Positions 24,836 through 35,291 of a stretch of 64,000 bases of DNA are shown here, piece by piece; positions within the stretch are counted from its first letter, which is position 1; the number at the start of each line of letters is the position of its first letter. Position numbers and translations under genes: made by a program. The DNA comes from an uncultured Gemmatimonadales bacterium. GTDB taxonomy: Bacteria; Gemmatimonadota; Gemmatimonadetes; Longimicrobiales; RSA9. Under the pieces are notes generated by a model that saw only the letters and a list, made by a program, of their open reading frames with translations, was not told the DNA's origin and ran no database searches. The stretch lies in the NCBI GenBank assembly GCA_963708135.1, contig OY970192.1:1952001-2016000 (forward strand), read 5' to 3'.

Positions 24836-27105
24836 CAGGAGCCGCGGGAGGCGCCGTGGTGCGTCGCGGCGACGGGGTGCGCCTCCGGCGCCTGCGGCCG
24901 CTGGGAGGCGGGATAGTCGATGCGGTGGTGGTACATCCCCGTGAGCAGGCTCGCGAACTGCTCCTTGATGCGCGAGATCTCGCCGAGCGTGAGGGAGGTC
25001 TCGTCGAGCTGGCCCTGCGCGATCTTGCCATCCACGATGCGGTCCACCAGCTCCCGGATGTGCTCCGGCGTCGGGTCCTGCAGCACGCGGGCGGCCGACT
25101 CGACGCCATCGGAGAGCATCGTGATGGCGGTCTCCTTGGACTGCGGGCGCGGTCCCGGGTAGGCGAACTCCGCCGGGTTCAGCTCGGCGTCCGGGTTCGT
25201 CTCCCTGGCCTGCTTGTAGAAGAAGCCGATCGGCTGCGTCCCGTGGTGCTCGGCCACGAAAGCGCGCACGGAATCGGGCAGCTTGTACTCGTCGGCGAGG
25301 CGGAGCCCCTCCTGCACGTGGCCACGCACGATGGCGGCGGAGGTGGCGGGCTTCAGGCGGTCGTGCGGGTTGCGGCCCTGCGGCTGGTTCTCGATGAAGT
25401 ACTGCGGCTTGGCGATCTTGCCGACGTCGTGGTAGTAGGCGCCCACGCGGGCCAGCAGCGGGTTGGCGTCGATGGCGCGCGCGGCGGCTTCCGCCAGATT
25501 CGCCACGCTGATGGAGTGCGCATAGGTCCCCGGCGCCTCCAGTGCCAGCCGCTTGAGCAGCGGCCGGTTCATGTCGCCGAGCTCGAGCAGCGTCTGGTCC
25601 GTAGTGATGCGCGTGAAGAGCTCGAGCAGCGGCAGCACGCCCATGGCGACGAGCGCGCTGGCCACGGCGTTCAGCGTTCCCCAGATCCCGGCCCACAGCA
25701 CGTCGTGCGCGCTCTGCGAGCGCAGCATCCCGAGCGAGATCGCGGCCAGCAGGTAGGCGGCAGCGATGATGGCGACGAACACCCACGTCTGTGCTCGCCG
25801 GCGCACGACGCGCACGCTGAGCGCCGCGGCCGCGCCGCCCATGACCATGGTGAAGAGCACGGTGATGCCGAGGAACGGCGTCTGGCCGCTGAGCAGCACG
25901 GCCATGATCAACGCGAGGTTGAGCGCGAGCCGCCCGTCCCAGAGCGCGGCCGCCACGAGCGCGGCGAAGGCGATCGGGATGAGGATGACGGGGGCATGCG
26001 AGCGATCGATGATGGCGGCGGCGGCCACGACCGCCATGAGGAGCCCCGACAGCACGAGGATGTGCCGGAAGTCGTGGTAGGTGCGCGGTCGATACGAGAA
26101 GAGCAGCAGCCCGAAGACGAGGAGCACGAGCAGGTCGAAGAGGATCGCGCCGAAGGTGCGCGCGCGTGCCGAGGCTCCGCCCTGCACCTCGCCCAGCCGA
26201 GTGAGCTCGTCCTGGTAGGCCCGCAGGCGCTGCAGCTCCTCGTCCCGGATCTGTTCGTGGGCGCCGACGATCTTCTCGCCCCGCATGACCTCGCCCTTCA
26301 CCACGGGCACCGCCCGGCGGGCTCGCTCGCGGGCCGCCTCCGTGGCATCGCGATTGAGGCGGATGCTCGGCTCGAAGAAGCGGATGAGCGCCAGCCGCTG
26401 CAGCTCGGCCACCCCCGGCGGGGCGTTCCACGGGAGGTGGCGCGTGGCCCGGTCGTAGAAGCGGGGCGCGGTCAGGAGCGAGTCACGCGAGACCATCTGC
26501 TCGGTGCTGCCGCGGCGGACCCGAACCTGGGGCGAGGCGCCCTCGCTGAGCTCCGCCGCGGAGGCGACCCCCGCCGGCAGCTCCTGCTTGATCGCGTCGA
26601 GGAGCGAGCGCGACAGCGCGGCGCGCGCGCGGCTGCCCCGCACGAGGTCGACGGCCTCGTCGGAGGTGGGCAGGCCGTAGCTGCCCATGATCTGGTGGAC
26701 GCGCGCGCGCACGGCCGTGCTCCCGCCGCCGTCCGCGACGGCACTGTCGAGCTTACCCAGGAAGAGGTGGACGCGGGCCTGCATCGTGTCGACGGCCGAG
26801 GGCGTATAGTCGAACACGGGGGCGACCGACGCCGCCGCCTCCGCGCGCTCGCGGTTGAGCTGCTGGTCCGTCTTGTGAATGGGGAAGGCGACCTGCGCGA
26901 TGATGTCCTTGTCCGAGACCATCCCCTTCTCGAGGATCGGAAAGTCGGGGACGGGGGCGACCGGAAACAGCAGGTGCATGAGGACGGCGAACACGACGAG
27001 GACCAGCACGCGTGCGCCGTGGTGCACGATCCCGGCCGGCCACCCCGCCGCGGGCGGGCCGCTCAACGCGTCGAGCGCGTCGCGCATGCCGAACCGGTCT
27101 GCCAC
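24835..27105 (-). CDS. 7TM-HD phosphohydrolase (PgpH/YqfF-like)
   Basis: Extracellular domain plus multiple TM helices; APGTYAHS, YYHDVGK, FIENQ, EHHGT, YPGPRPQSKE. Confidence 0.92.
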   Translation of the reverse strand: MADRFGMRDALDALSGPPAAGWPAGIVHHGARVLVLVVFAVLMHLLFPVAPVPDFPILEKGMVSDKDIIAQVAFPIHKTDQQLNRERAEAAASVAPVFDYTPSAVDTMQARVHLFLGKLDSAVADGGGSTAVRARVHQIMGSYGLPTSDEAVDLVRGSRARAALSRSLLDAIKQELPAGVASAAELSEGASPQVRVRRGSTEQMVSRDSLLTAPRFYDRATRHLPWNAPPGVAELQRLALIRFFEPSIRLNRDATEAARERARRAVPVVKGEVMRGEKIVGAHEQIRDEELQRLRAYQDELTRLGEVQGGASARARTFGAILFDLLVLLVFGLLLFSYRPRTYHDFRHILVLSGLLMAVVAAAAIIDRSHAPVILIPIAFAALVAAALWDGRLALNLALIMAVLLSGQTPFLGITVLFTMVMGGAAAALSVRVVRRRAQTWVFVAIIAAAYLLAAISLGMLRSQSAHDVLWAGIWGTLNAVASALVAMGVLPLLELFTRITTDQTLLELGDMNRPLLKRLALEAPGTYAHSISVANLAEAAARAIDANPLLARVGAYYHDVGKIAKPQYFIENQPQGRNPHDRLKPATSAAIVRGHVQEGLRLADEYKLPDSVRAFVAEHHGTQPIGFFYKQARETNPDAELNPAEFAYPGPRPQSKETAITMLSDGVESAARVLQDPTPEHIRELVDRIVDGKIAQGQLDETSLTLGEISRIKEQFASLLTGMYHHRIDYPASQRPQAPEAHPVAATHHGASRGS

Positions 27106-27107
27106 GC

Positions 27108-28088
27108 TCAGGCCTCCTCGGCCGCCCCGTCCGCGCCGGCATAGGCGCGGATGATCTCCTTCACCAGCCGGTGCCGGACCACGTCGCCGCCCTCGAGATA
27201 GACGAAGTCAATGCCGTCGATGCCTTTCAGGATCCGCTCGATCTCGAGCAGGCCGGAATCGTCGCGGCGGGGCAGGTCGATCTGGGTCTTGTCGCCCGTG
27301 ATCACCACGCGCGAGTTCAGCCCGAGCCGGGTCAGGAACATCTTCATCTGGGCGGTCGTTGCGTTCTGCGCCTCGTCCAGGATCACGAACGCGTCGGCCA
27401 GCGTGCGGCCGCGCATGTAGGCGAGCGGCGCGATCTCGATCGTCCGCGACTCCAGCGCCCGCCGCACCCAGTCGCTTGGCATCATGTCTTCCAGCGCATC
27501 GTAGAGCGGGCGGAGATACGGATCGACCTTCTCCTGGAGGTCGCCCGGCAGGAAGCCAAGGTTCTCCCCCGCCTCGACGGCGGGTCGGGCCAGGATGATC
27601 CGCTTCACGCGGTTCTTGCGCAGCGCATCCACGGCCGTGGCCACCGCCAGGTACGTCTTGCCCGTGCCCGCGGGTCCGATGGCGACCGCAATGTCGTTCG
27701 CGGCGATCGATTGCAGGTAGATCTGCTGCCCCCGCGACTTGGGCGCGATGATCTTGCGCAGCCCCGCGAGCAGGATCCGGGTGTCCTCCTCGCCCACCGG
27801 CACGGGCGGCGCGACGCGGCCGTCCGCGGCGGCGGCGACGGCACGCCGGATGTCCTCCACGCCGAAGGGCGTGCCGAGGCGCGCCATGTCCACCAGACGC
27901 TGCGCCACGGGCACGGCCCGCTCGACGTCGTTCAGCTCTCCCGACAGGACGAGGTGGTCGCCACGGAGCACGATCCGGCAGCCGGATGCGCGCGCGAGCT
28001 CCTGCAGGTTGGCGTCGTTCACGCCGGCCAGGAGGAGGTAGTCCGCGCCCTCCGCCGGAAGCCGGTGCTCGACGATCGTGCTGTCCAC
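27108..28088 (-). CDS. phoH: PhoH-like ATPase
   Basis: GPAGTGKTYLA, RPAVEAGENLGFLPGD, LAYMRGRTL, DEAQN. Confidence 0.95.
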   Translation of the reverse strand: MDSTIVEHRLPAEGADYLLLAGVNDANLQELARASGCRIVLRGDHLVLSGELNDVERAVPVAQRLVDMARLGTPFGVEDIRRAVAAAADGRVAPPVPVGEEDTRILLAGLRKIIAPKSRGQQIYLQSIAANDIAVAIGPAGTGKTYLAVATAVDALRKNRVKRIILARPAVEAGENLGFLPGDLQEKVDPYLRPLYDALEDMMPSDWVRRALESRTIEIAPLAYMRGRTLADAFVILDEAQNATTAQMKMFLTRLGLNSRVVITGDKTQIDLPRRDDSGLLEIERILKGIDGIDFVYLEGGDVVRHRLVKEIIRAYAGADGAAEEA

Positions 28089-28096
28089 TGCTCGTC

Positions 28097-29998
28097 TCAG
28101 CTCCTTCTCTCGGTCACCGCAATGTGGAGCTCGCGCAGCTCGCTCGGCTCCACGGGGGCCGGCGCTCCCTCGAAGAGGGCGCGCGCGGCCGTCGTCTTTG
28201 GGAACGCGATCACGTCGCGCAGGCTGCCCGCGCCCACCAGCAGCATCACCAGCCGGTCGAAGCCGAAGGCAAAGCCGCCGTGCGGAGGCGCACCGTAGCG
28301 GAACGCCTCGAGCAGGAAGCCGAACTTGGCGCGGGCCTCCTCTTCGCCGATGCCCAGCGCGCGGAAGATGTGGCGCTGCAGCTCCGGATCGTGGATCCGG
28401 ATCGAGCCACTGGCCATCTCGCTGCCGTTGTACACCGCATCGTACGCCCGGGAGCGCAGCCCCTCCTCGAAGAGCGCGCGGGCCGCCTCCTCGTCGAGCA
28501 CATCCGTGCCCGTATAGCGCACGAGGCGCGGCACATCCTCCGGCAGCGGCATGGTGAAGGGGTGGTGCACGGCCACGAGCTGGTTCCGCTCGACATCCCA
28601 GTCGAAGAGCGGGAACTCCGTGATCCACGCCCAGGCGTGGCGCGCCGCCTCGCGCAGGCCGAGCCGGTCGCCGAGGTGGCGCCGGAGCGCGTCCAGGGCG
28701 GCCTCCGCGCCACCGAGCCGGTGCGCGTCCGTCGCGTGGCCGTGGCTCTCGGGCACCAGGGGCGCACCGCGGAAGTGGCCGATGACCAGCACGAACAGGT
28801 CGCCGACCTGGAGGCGCACCTGCTCGACGAAGCGGTCCGCGAGCGGCCTGGCGAGGGAGCGCGCGAAGGGCCCGGCGAGGCCGTCCTCGGTGCGGCGGAC
28901 CCAGAGCGCGCCGGCCGCGCCGGCGGCCCTGGCCACGTCCGCGAGCTGGTCGAGCTCGCGGCGCGACAGCGTGGCGCCATCAGGGGCTCGGATACCCCGG
29001 ATCCGGGCGCCCGTGCCGCGGGTGTCCTGGAAGAGGCGGAACTCCGCTTCCCGCAGCAGATCCGTCACGTCCTGGAAGCGCATGTCGAAGCGCAGGTCGG
29101 GCTTGTCGGTGCCGTAGAGGTCGAGTGCGTCGGCGTAGCTCAGGCGGGGGAACGGCGTCTCCAGCTCGACGCCGAGCACGTCGCGCCACAGCGCCGCCAT
29201 CATCCCCTCGCCGACGGCGAAGACATCCTCCTCGGCGACGAAGGACATCTCCGCGTCGATCTGCGTGAACTCCGGCTGCCGGTCCTGCCGCAGGTCCTCG
29301 TCCCTCAGGCACCGCGCGATCTGGAAGTAGCGGTCGTAGCCGGCGACCATGAGGAGCTGCTTGTAGAGCTGGGGCGACTGCGGCAGCGCATAGAACTCGC
29401 CCGGGTGCACGCGGCTCGGGACCAGGTAGTCGCGCGCGCCCTCTGGCGTGCGCCGCGTCAGCATCGGGGTCTCGATCTCGAGGAAGCCCTGCCCGGACAG
29501 GTAGCGGCGGACCGACTGCGCGGCGAGGTGGCGCGCCGCGAGCGCCCGCTGGAACTCCTCCCGGCGCAGGTCGAGATAGCGGTAGCGGAGCCGGAGCTCC
29601 TCCGCCGGAAGCTCGTCGCCCTTGGCGATGGCGACCGGGATCGGCGGCGTGTCCGCGTCCGAGAGCATCTCGAGCCGGGAGACGTGGACCTCCACGGCGC
29701 CCGTGGCGAGCTCCGGGTTCAGGTTCTCCGGCGGCCTCGCCACGACCACGCCGCTGGCGGCGACGACGTCCTCGGCTCCCAGCCCGCGCGCCCGCGCCAG
29801 CACCTCCGGCGGACTCCAGTCCGGGCCGAAGGAGAGCTGCACGCGGCCGGAGCGGTCGCGCAGATCGACGAAGACGAGGCCGCCGAGATCGCGTCGCTTG
29901 TGCACCCAGCCGGCGAGGCGCACCTCGCTCCCCGCGTCCTCCGCCCGCAGCGAGCCCACCTGCGTGGTCCGCAGCGTCGTCCCCAGCGTACGGCTCAT
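28097..29998 (-). CDS. aspS: Aspartate--tRNA ligase
   Basis: FVDLRDRSG, TPEGARDYLVP, LPQSPQLYKQ, RQPEFTQID, GAPPHGGFAFG, IAFPKT. Confidence 0.97.
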   Translation of the reverse strand: MSRTLGTTLRTTQVGSLRAEDAGSEVRLAGWVHKRRDLGGLVFVDLRDRSGRVQLSFGPDWSPPEVLARARGLGAEDVVAASGVVVARPPENLNPELATGAVEVHVSRLEMLSDADTPPIPVAIAKGDELPAEELRLRYRYLDLRREEFQRALAARHLAAQSVRRYLSGQGFLEIETPMLTRRTPEGARDYLVPSRVHPGEFYALPQSPQLYKQLLMVAGYDRYFQIARCLRDEDLRQDRQPEFTQIDAEMSFVAEEDVFAVGEGMMAALWRDVLGVELETPFPRLSYADALDLYGTDKPDLRFDMRFQDVTDLLREAEFRLFQDTRGTGARIRGIRAPDGATLSRRELDQLADVARAAGAAGALWVRRTEDGLAGPFARSLARPLADRFVEQVRLQVGDLFVLVIGHFRGAPLVPESHGHATDAHRLGGAEAALDALRRHLGDRLGLREAARHAWAWITEFPLFDWDVERNQLVAVHHPFTMPLPEDVPRLVRYTGTDVLDEEAARALFEEGLRSRAYDAVYNGSEMASGSIRIHDPELQRHIFRALGIGEEEARAKFGFLLEAFRYGAPPHGGFAFGFDRLVMLLVGAGSLRDVIAFPKTTAARALFEGAPAPVEPSELRELHIAVTERRS

Positions 29999-30168
29999 TG
30001 CCGCCCCTTTCGCACGTCCGGTTTCCCGCTGAAGATGGCGGCGGCCGGGGAGCGCGACAAGAAGCCGCGCGGCCGCAAGCGCCGTCGGCTTTGGCGCATA
30101 CGCCGCTCCGAGGGGGTCGCCAGGGGCGTCGGCTCGCGCCGCCCGCGGCTGCGTGTTAGCATGGGGCC

Positions 30169-30546
30169 ATGACAGGGAAGCTGAGCGCGGGAGCGGCGCT
30201 GAAGCTGGCGGAGCTCGAGGAGTTCGACAAGAAGGTCCAGCGGGTGCACGGCCTGGTGGAGCAGTTCGCCACGTCGCGGTCCGGGACGGACACCATCTCG
30301 GCCACGCTGAAGCGCTCGCTCGGGCGGCTGAAGACGGAGCTCATGAGCGCCGGTCTGGATGCGATGTCGCAGCTGGCGGCCGGGCTCGAGATCGCCGCCG
30401 GCCGGGGCATGTCGCAGAGCACCAAGAGGCGGATCCTGCGCGAGGGCGTGGCATCGCTCCGCTTCCAGGTCGAGATGGAGCAGCGCTCGGTCCGGCAGGC
30501 GGAGCTCAAGGCGCAGGAGGCGGCCGAAGCACGGGACGGCGGTTGA
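30169..30546 (+). CDS. Hypothetical helical protein
   Basis: Good codon usage; followed by a hairpin. Confidence 0.7.
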   Translation: MTGKLSAGAALKLAELEEFDKKVQRVHGLVEQFATSRSGTDTISATLKRSLGRLKTELMSAGLDAMSQLAAGLEIAAGRGMSQSTKRRILREGVASLRFQVEMEQRSVRQAELKAQEAAEARDGG

Positions 30547-30579
30547 GCGCCGGAAACCACGCATCCCGAGACGAAACGA

Positions 30580-30604
30580 GCCCCCGGAGCCGCGCTCCGG
30601 GGGC
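30580..30604. terminator. Hairpin between convergent genes (likely bidirectional terminator)
   Basis: gcccccggagc-cgc-gctccgggggc with A/T-containing flanks. Confidence 0.6.
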
Positions 30605-30634
30605 CGTTCCTTTGCCGCCGTCGAGCGCGCGGGC

Positions 30635-31093
30635 TCAGGTGCCCTCGGCTTCCTCCAGCGCGGCGTAGAACTCCTCGGCCGAGCGTGCCGCGGCCAGCCG
30701 CTCCCGCACGCTCTCCTTGCGGACGAGCCGCGAGATCCGGCTCAGCGCCTTGATGTGCGGGCCGGCCGCGGTCTCCGGGCCGACGAGCAGGAAGAACAGC
30801 CGGACGGGTGCGCCGTCCAGCGCATCGAAGTCGACCGGCTCCGCCGTGCGGCCCGCGGCCATGCGCAACTCCGGTACCGCGGCGGACTTGCCGTGCGGGA
30901 TCGCCACCCCGTTGCCGATCCCCGTCGAGAGGACGGACTCGCGCTCGCGCACGGCGCGGAGCACGTCGCCGGGGTCCTCCACGCGATCCGCGCGGGTGGC
31001 GATGTCGACCAGCTCGCGAAGGAGGTCGTCCTTGCTTGTGGCTTCGAGCGGGATCTTGATCCGCTCGGGGGTGAGCAGGTCCGTCAAGAGCAA
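30635..31093 (-). CDS. PTS IIA component (Ntr/fructose type)
   Basis: RERESVLSTGIGNGVAIPH, DFDALDG. Confidence 0.92.
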   Translation of the reverse strand: MLLTDLLTPERIKIPLEATSKDDLLRELVDIATRADRVEDPGDVLRAVRERESVLSTGIGNGVAIPHGKSAAVPELRMAAGRTAEPVDFDALDGAPVRLFFLLVGPETAAGPHIKALSRISRLVRKESVRERLAAARSAEEFYAALEEAEGT

Positions 31094-31142
31094 AGGCGCC
31101 TCGGGGGAAGGGCGATGGTTCCCGAACTTGTTTCAGCGCGTT

Positions 31143-31171
31143 AAACTAACGATCCGGTAAACGCCTATCAA
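31143..31171 (-). promoter_or_regulatory. Putative sigma70 promoter of the PTS IIA gene
   Basis: Minus strand TTGATA-N17-TAGTTT. Confidence 0.55.
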
Positions 31172-31188
31172 GCCGCCAGGATCGGGGT

Positions 31189-32076
31189 ATGAGACTCTCC
31201 AACGCGGCACCCCTCGCGGCGCTGCTGCTGATTGCCAGCGGCGCGCGATCGGCGGCCGCACAGCGCGTCATCGACTGGAACATCCGGACGACGGCGGGGG
31301 CCGAGGCCGTGGTGAGCGGCGCGGCCGCCGTCTTCTGGAATCCCGCCGCCGCGGGCGCCGTGGCGGGCCGCGGTGAAGCGCTGGTGCTCGATCTCGAGGG
31401 CCCCGAGGCGACGGGGCTGCGCGGGCTGGCCGGCGCGGGCGTCGTGCGGCTGCCGCGCGGCGCCACTCTCGGTCTAGGGTACGAGCACCTCGGCATCGCG
31501 GACATCCAGCGCACGGACACCTCGCCGCTGAACACGGACGCGGACGTGATCTCCGTGGCCGAGGATCGCTTCACGGCGGTGGCGTCGGAGCCGGTCGCGC
31601 CAGGCGTATGGTTCGGCGCGATGGCGCAGTACGCGCGCGCCGACGAGGCGGTGCAGGTCGAGAACCAGGCGAGCTTCGGCGCCGGCGCGTTCGTGCGTCC
31701 CGCGGTGGCGCTGCGCCCCTCGCTCGGCGCGGCCGCCTTCACGCTCCCGGGCACCGGGGCGCGCTGGGCAGTCGGCGGGGAGGCGGACGTGCCGGGGACC
31801 ACGAAGCTGCCGGTGGACGTCCGGGTCAGCTACGGCGTGAGCGGAACGCACGGGCCGAACGCCGTGACCCACCGGATCGCGGGCGTGGTGGGCTGGCGGG
31901 GCCGGGCGCTCCTTTCGGTGGGGGCGGCGGCCGAGCCGAGCGCCGGCGGCCGGAGCTGGCAGCCCATGGCCTCGGCCGACCTGCGGATCGCGCGCTACAT
32001 CCTGGGCGTGACGCGCGAGCAGCTCTCGAGCGGCTTCGGCGACACGTACTCCTTCCGGATCGGCGTCACCTTCTGA
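31189..32076 (+). CDS. Secreted outer-membrane beta-barrel-like protein (PorV/FadL-like N-terminal motif)
   Basis: Signal peptide, AVFWNPAA motif, alternating beta pattern, C-terminal Phe (FRIGVTF). Confidence 0.6.
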   Translation: MRLSNAAPLAALLLIASGARSAAAQRVIDWNIRTTAGAEAVVSGAAAVFWNPAAAGAVAGRGEALVLDLEGPEATGLRGLAGAGVVRLPRGATLGLGYEHLGIADIQRTDTSPLNTDADVISVAEDRFTAVASEPVAPGVWFGAMAQYARADEAVQVENQASFGAGAFVRPAVALRPSLGAAAFTLPGTGARWAVGGEADVPGTTKLPVDVRVSYGVSGTHGPNAVTHRIAGVVGWRGRALLSVGAAAEPSAGGRSWQPMASADLRIARYILGVTREQLSSGFGDTYSFRIGVTF

Positions 32077-32092
32077 GCATCGGGGATCTCAA

Positions 32093-33211
32093 TTGACGGC
32101 AGCGGAAGTGGGGAGCGCACGGACGGACCTGCTGGACGTGCTTCCCGCGGAGGCGGAGCGGCTCCTGGCCGAGCACTTCGCGGGGCGGGGCGCGCGCACC
32201 TACCGGGTCAAGCAGGTGCTGCCGTGGCTCTACGAGCGGGATGCGCTCTCCTTCGATGAGATGACGGACCTTCCCGCGGCGGAGCGCGCGGCGCTGGCCG
32301 AGCACTTCGCGCTCACGGCCCCCGCGCTGGTACGGGCCGCGGAGTCGGCGGACGGCACGGTCAAGCACCTGTGGCGGATGGCGGACGGCGAGCTGGTCGA
32401 GTCCGTACTGATCCCGGCGGGGGAGCGGCTGACCCTGTGCATCTCGTCGCAGGCCGGCTGCGCCATGGCGTGCGTCTTCTGCGCCACCGGGTGGTCAGGC
32501 TACCGCCGCCAGCTGAGCGCGGCGGAGATCGTGGCGCAGTTCCGCGGCGCCCGGCGCTGGAGCACGGAGCAGCGGGGGCGGGCGATCACGAACGTGGTCT
32601 TCATGGGCATGGGCGAGCCGCTCATGAACCCGAAGGGCGTCTTCCCCGCCCTTACGCTGCTCAACCACGCCTACGGATTCGGCGCCCGGCGGATCACCGT
32701 CTCGACCGTCGGGGTGGTGCCGGGAATCCTGCGCCTGGCGGAGCGGCCCGAGCAGTTCCGCCTGGCCGTCTCGCTGCACGCGCCGGAGCACGCGCTCCGG
32801 CAGCGCATCGTGCCGCTCGAGAAGAAGTATCCGCTCCCGGCGCTGCTCGACGCGCTGCGCGAGTTCGATGCGGCCGGCGGGCGCCGCATCACCCTCGAGT
32901 ACGTGATGATCGATGGGGTGAACGACGCCCCCGAGCTGGCCGGGGCGTTGGCCGACATCGCGAAGGAGTTCCGGGCGCACGTCAACCTGATCCCCTACAA
33001 CCCGATCCCCGGCCCCGACTGGCGGCCCACGCCGCCCGCCCGGCTGCGCGACTTCGCTCGCCGCCTCCACGAACGCGGGGTCGAGGCCACGGTGCGTGAG
33101 CCGCGCGGCCGCGACATCGCGGCGGCGTGCGGGCAGCTGCGCGCCGAGCACGAGCCGCATCCGCCGCGACCCTACCTCGAGTTGACCCGGGGAGCGGCGC
33201 GCCAGTCGTAG
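32093..33211 (+). CDS. rlmN: 23S rRNA (A2503) C2-methyltransferase RlmN
   Basis: TLCISSQAGCAMACVFC, MGMGEP, SLHA, DIAAACGQL. Confidence 0.95.
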   Translation: MTAAEVGSARTDLLDVLPAEAERLLAEHFAGRGARTYRVKQVLPWLYERDALSFDEMTDLPAAERAALAEHFALTAPALVRAAESADGTVKHLWRMADGELVESVLIPAGERLTLCISSQAGCAMACVFCATGWSGYRRQLSAAEIVAQFRGARRWSTEQRGRAITNVVFMGMGEPLMNPKGVFPALTLLNHAYGFGARRITVSTVGVVPGILRLAERPEQFRLAVSLHAPEHALRQRIVPLEKKYPLPALLDALREFDAAGGRRITLEYVMIDGVNDAPELAGALADIAKEFRAHVNLIPYNPIPGPDWRPTPPARLRDFARRLHERGVEATVREPRGRDIAAACGQLRAEHEPHPPRPYLELTRGAARQS

Positions 33212-33242
33212 GCTACGCCTCCTGCCTCCACGCCGCCGGCCT

Positions 33243-33788
33243 TCACCGCCGCGACGTCGTGTCCGCCCCGGCCCGCTTCGGCCCCGGCCCCGGCAGCCAG
33301 TCCCCTCCCGGGCCAGGATCGGCCGCGGCCGGCCAGTCCCGCCCCAGCACTACGGTGACGTCGATGTCGGGCGGAGCGCCGCCCTTCGACTGCACGCGTC
33401 CCGCCCCCAGCGCATCCACCACCGCCCGCGCCGCCCCGGGGCGGCCGCTCCGGTCGAGCACGAGAGTCGAGTCGCGGCGCGCGCCGCCGGCGTTCCCGAA
33501 GTAGATCACGTCGAAGCCGTCGGCACGGAGCCGCTCCGTCGCGCGGCGGGCGAGGCCGCCGCGGCCGGTGCCGTTCAGGACCTCCACTCGCACCCTGGGC
33601 CCCGCCGGGGCGCTCACCGGCGCGTCCGTGTCGGGCGGCGCGTCGGCCACGAGGGCGGAGGCGGACGCGGCATCGGACGCGGGCGCGTCGCCTGCGGGAT
33701 GGCGGAGCCCGAGGCCGAACGAGATGAGGAAGGCGACGACGGCCAGGCCGGCCACGACGAGGAGCGCGAGCTCGAGGCGGGCGCGCAC
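33243..33788 (-). CDS. LytR C-terminal domain protein
   Basis: N-terminal TM, VEVLNGTGRGGLA, DVTVVLGRD. Confidence 0.85.
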   Translation of the reverse strand: MRARLELALLVVAGLAVVAFLISFGLGLRHPAGDAPASDAASASALVADAPPDTDAPVSAPAGPRVRVEVLNGTGRGGLARRATERLRADGFDVIYFGNAGGARRDSTLVLDRSGRPGAARAVVDALGAGRVQSKGGAPPDIDVTVVLGRDWPAAADPGPGGDWLPGPGPKRAGADTTSRR

Positions 33789-33790
33789 CG

Positions 33791-34369
33791 TCAGCCTTCC
33801 TCCGCCAGACGGTTCCAGAAGGCGGTCGTCTCGGGCCGGATGGTCATGCCCCGCTCGATGAGATGGCGGATGCGGGCGCCGAGCACCTGGCGCAGCACCA
33901 CATCCGCCCGCTCCGGCATGCGGGCCCGCAGGCTGGCGCGCCAGAGCGGGGCGAAGGCGCGGCCGGGCTCCAGGAAATCGGCGAGGTAGAGCGCGCGGCC
34001 GGCCCGGTCGAGATCCGGGTGTCCGATGGTGTGGTACGCCACGGCCAGCAGCACGCCGGGATCCTCGACACCCTCCTGGCGCAGGCGCGCCGCGGCGGCG
34101 GGCCCGTGCAGCAAGCGGGCGGGCAGCTCCGCCGCCTCCGGCGGCACGATGGGGCGCAGCACCTCGGGCGGCGCATCGCGCAGGGCGTCGTGCAGCCAGG
34201 CGACGGCGCGCCAGCGGGCTCGCTCGCCCGGGTCGAGCGCGAGCGCGTCGGCCCAGGCATCGACGAGCGCCGCCACCCGGGCCACGTGCTCCGCGCGCGC
34301 CGGGCGCAGCACGGCCCACTCGGGCAGCGTCCCCTCAGCGGCGCGGGCGAGGGCGTCGGGCGCGGGCAT
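33791..34369 (-). CDS. HD-domain hydrolase, YqeK-like (Ap4A hydrolase)
   Basis: EH..LHD..LLHG..YHTIG..LYLADFLEPGR. Confidence 0.82.
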   Translation of the reverse strand: MPAPDALARAAEGTLPEWAVLRPARAEHVARVAALVDAWADALALDPGERARWRAVAWLHDALRDAPPEVLRPIVPPEAAELPARLLHGPAAAARLRQEGVEDPGVLLAVAYHTIGHPDLDRAGRALYLADFLEPGRAFAPLWRASLRARMPERADVVLRQVLGARIRHLIERGMTIRPETTAFWNRLAEEG

Positions 34370-34441
34370 GGCGGTCAGAGGTCGGCTCCGATCACCGCGG
34401 CGCGGTGCGTCCTGGACCTGCACATCACGCGCGGCATCGCG

Positions 34442-35290
34442 CTACTCTCGCTCGAGGATGACGTTGTCGATGAGACGGGTGCCGCCCACGCGGGCGGCCA
34501 GCGCGAGCACGTCGCCCGGCGAGGCCCGGTCGATGGGCGCGAGCGTATCCGGCCCCACGAGCTCGACGTACTCCGGTTCTACCCCGCCCCCATCCTCCAG
34601 GGTCGCGCGCGCGAGCGCGCACAAGCGCCCGGCATCGCTCTCGCCATCCCGCCATGCGGCCAGGGCGCGGGCCAGAGCGCGAGAGAGGCGGATGGTGCGG
34701 GCGCGGTCGGCGTCCTCCAGATAGACGTTGCGCGAGCTCATGGCGAGGCCGTCCGCCTCGCGCACGATCGGCGCCACCTCGATGGCGATGGCGAAGTCCA
34801 GGTCGGCCACCATCCGGCGGATCAGCGCCGCCTGCTGGTAGTCCTTCTGCCCGAAGACGGCGATGTCGGGGCGGACGATATGGAAGAGCTTGGCCACGAC
34901 CGTGAGCACGCCCTCGAAGTGGCCCGGGCGGAAGGCGCCGCAGAGGTGGGCCGCCATCGGGCCCGGCACCACCCGCACCAGCGCCTCGCCCGCCGGATAC
35001 ATCTCGACCTCCGTCGGCGCGAAAACGAGGTCCACGCCGCGGCCGGACGCCAGCGCGACGTCGCGCTCCAGGTCGCGCGGGTAGCGGGCCAGGTCCTCGC
35101 CCGGACCGAACTGGAGCGGGTTGACGAAGATCGACAGGACGACCAGGTCCGCCAGGGGGCGCGCGCGGTCCACCAGCGAGAGGTGGCCCTCGTGCAGGAA
35201 GCCCATGGTCGGGACGAGCGCGACGGTCCGGCCCGCGCTGCGCGCTTCGGCGACCGCGGCATGGACGGCGGCCCGGCTCTCCAGCACCAT
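34442..35290 (-). CDS. panC: Pantoate--beta-alanine ligase
   Basis: VPTMGFLHEGH, FGQKDYQQ, GLAMSSRN, RLIDN. Confidence 0.96.
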   Translation of the reverse strand: MVLESRAAVHAAVAEARSAGRTVALVPTMGFLHEGHLSLVDRARPLADLVVLSIFVNPLQFGPGEDLARYPRDLERDVALASGRGVDLVFAPTEVEMYPAGEALVRVVPGPMAAHLCGAFRPGHFEGVLTVVAKLFHIVRPDIAVFGQKDYQQAALIRRMVADLDFAIAIEVAPIVREADGLAMSSRNVYLEDADRARTIRLSRALARALAAWRDGESDAGRLCALARATLEDGGGVEPEYVELVGPDTLAPIDRASPGDVLALAARVGGTRLIDNVILERE

Positions 35291-35291
35291 G

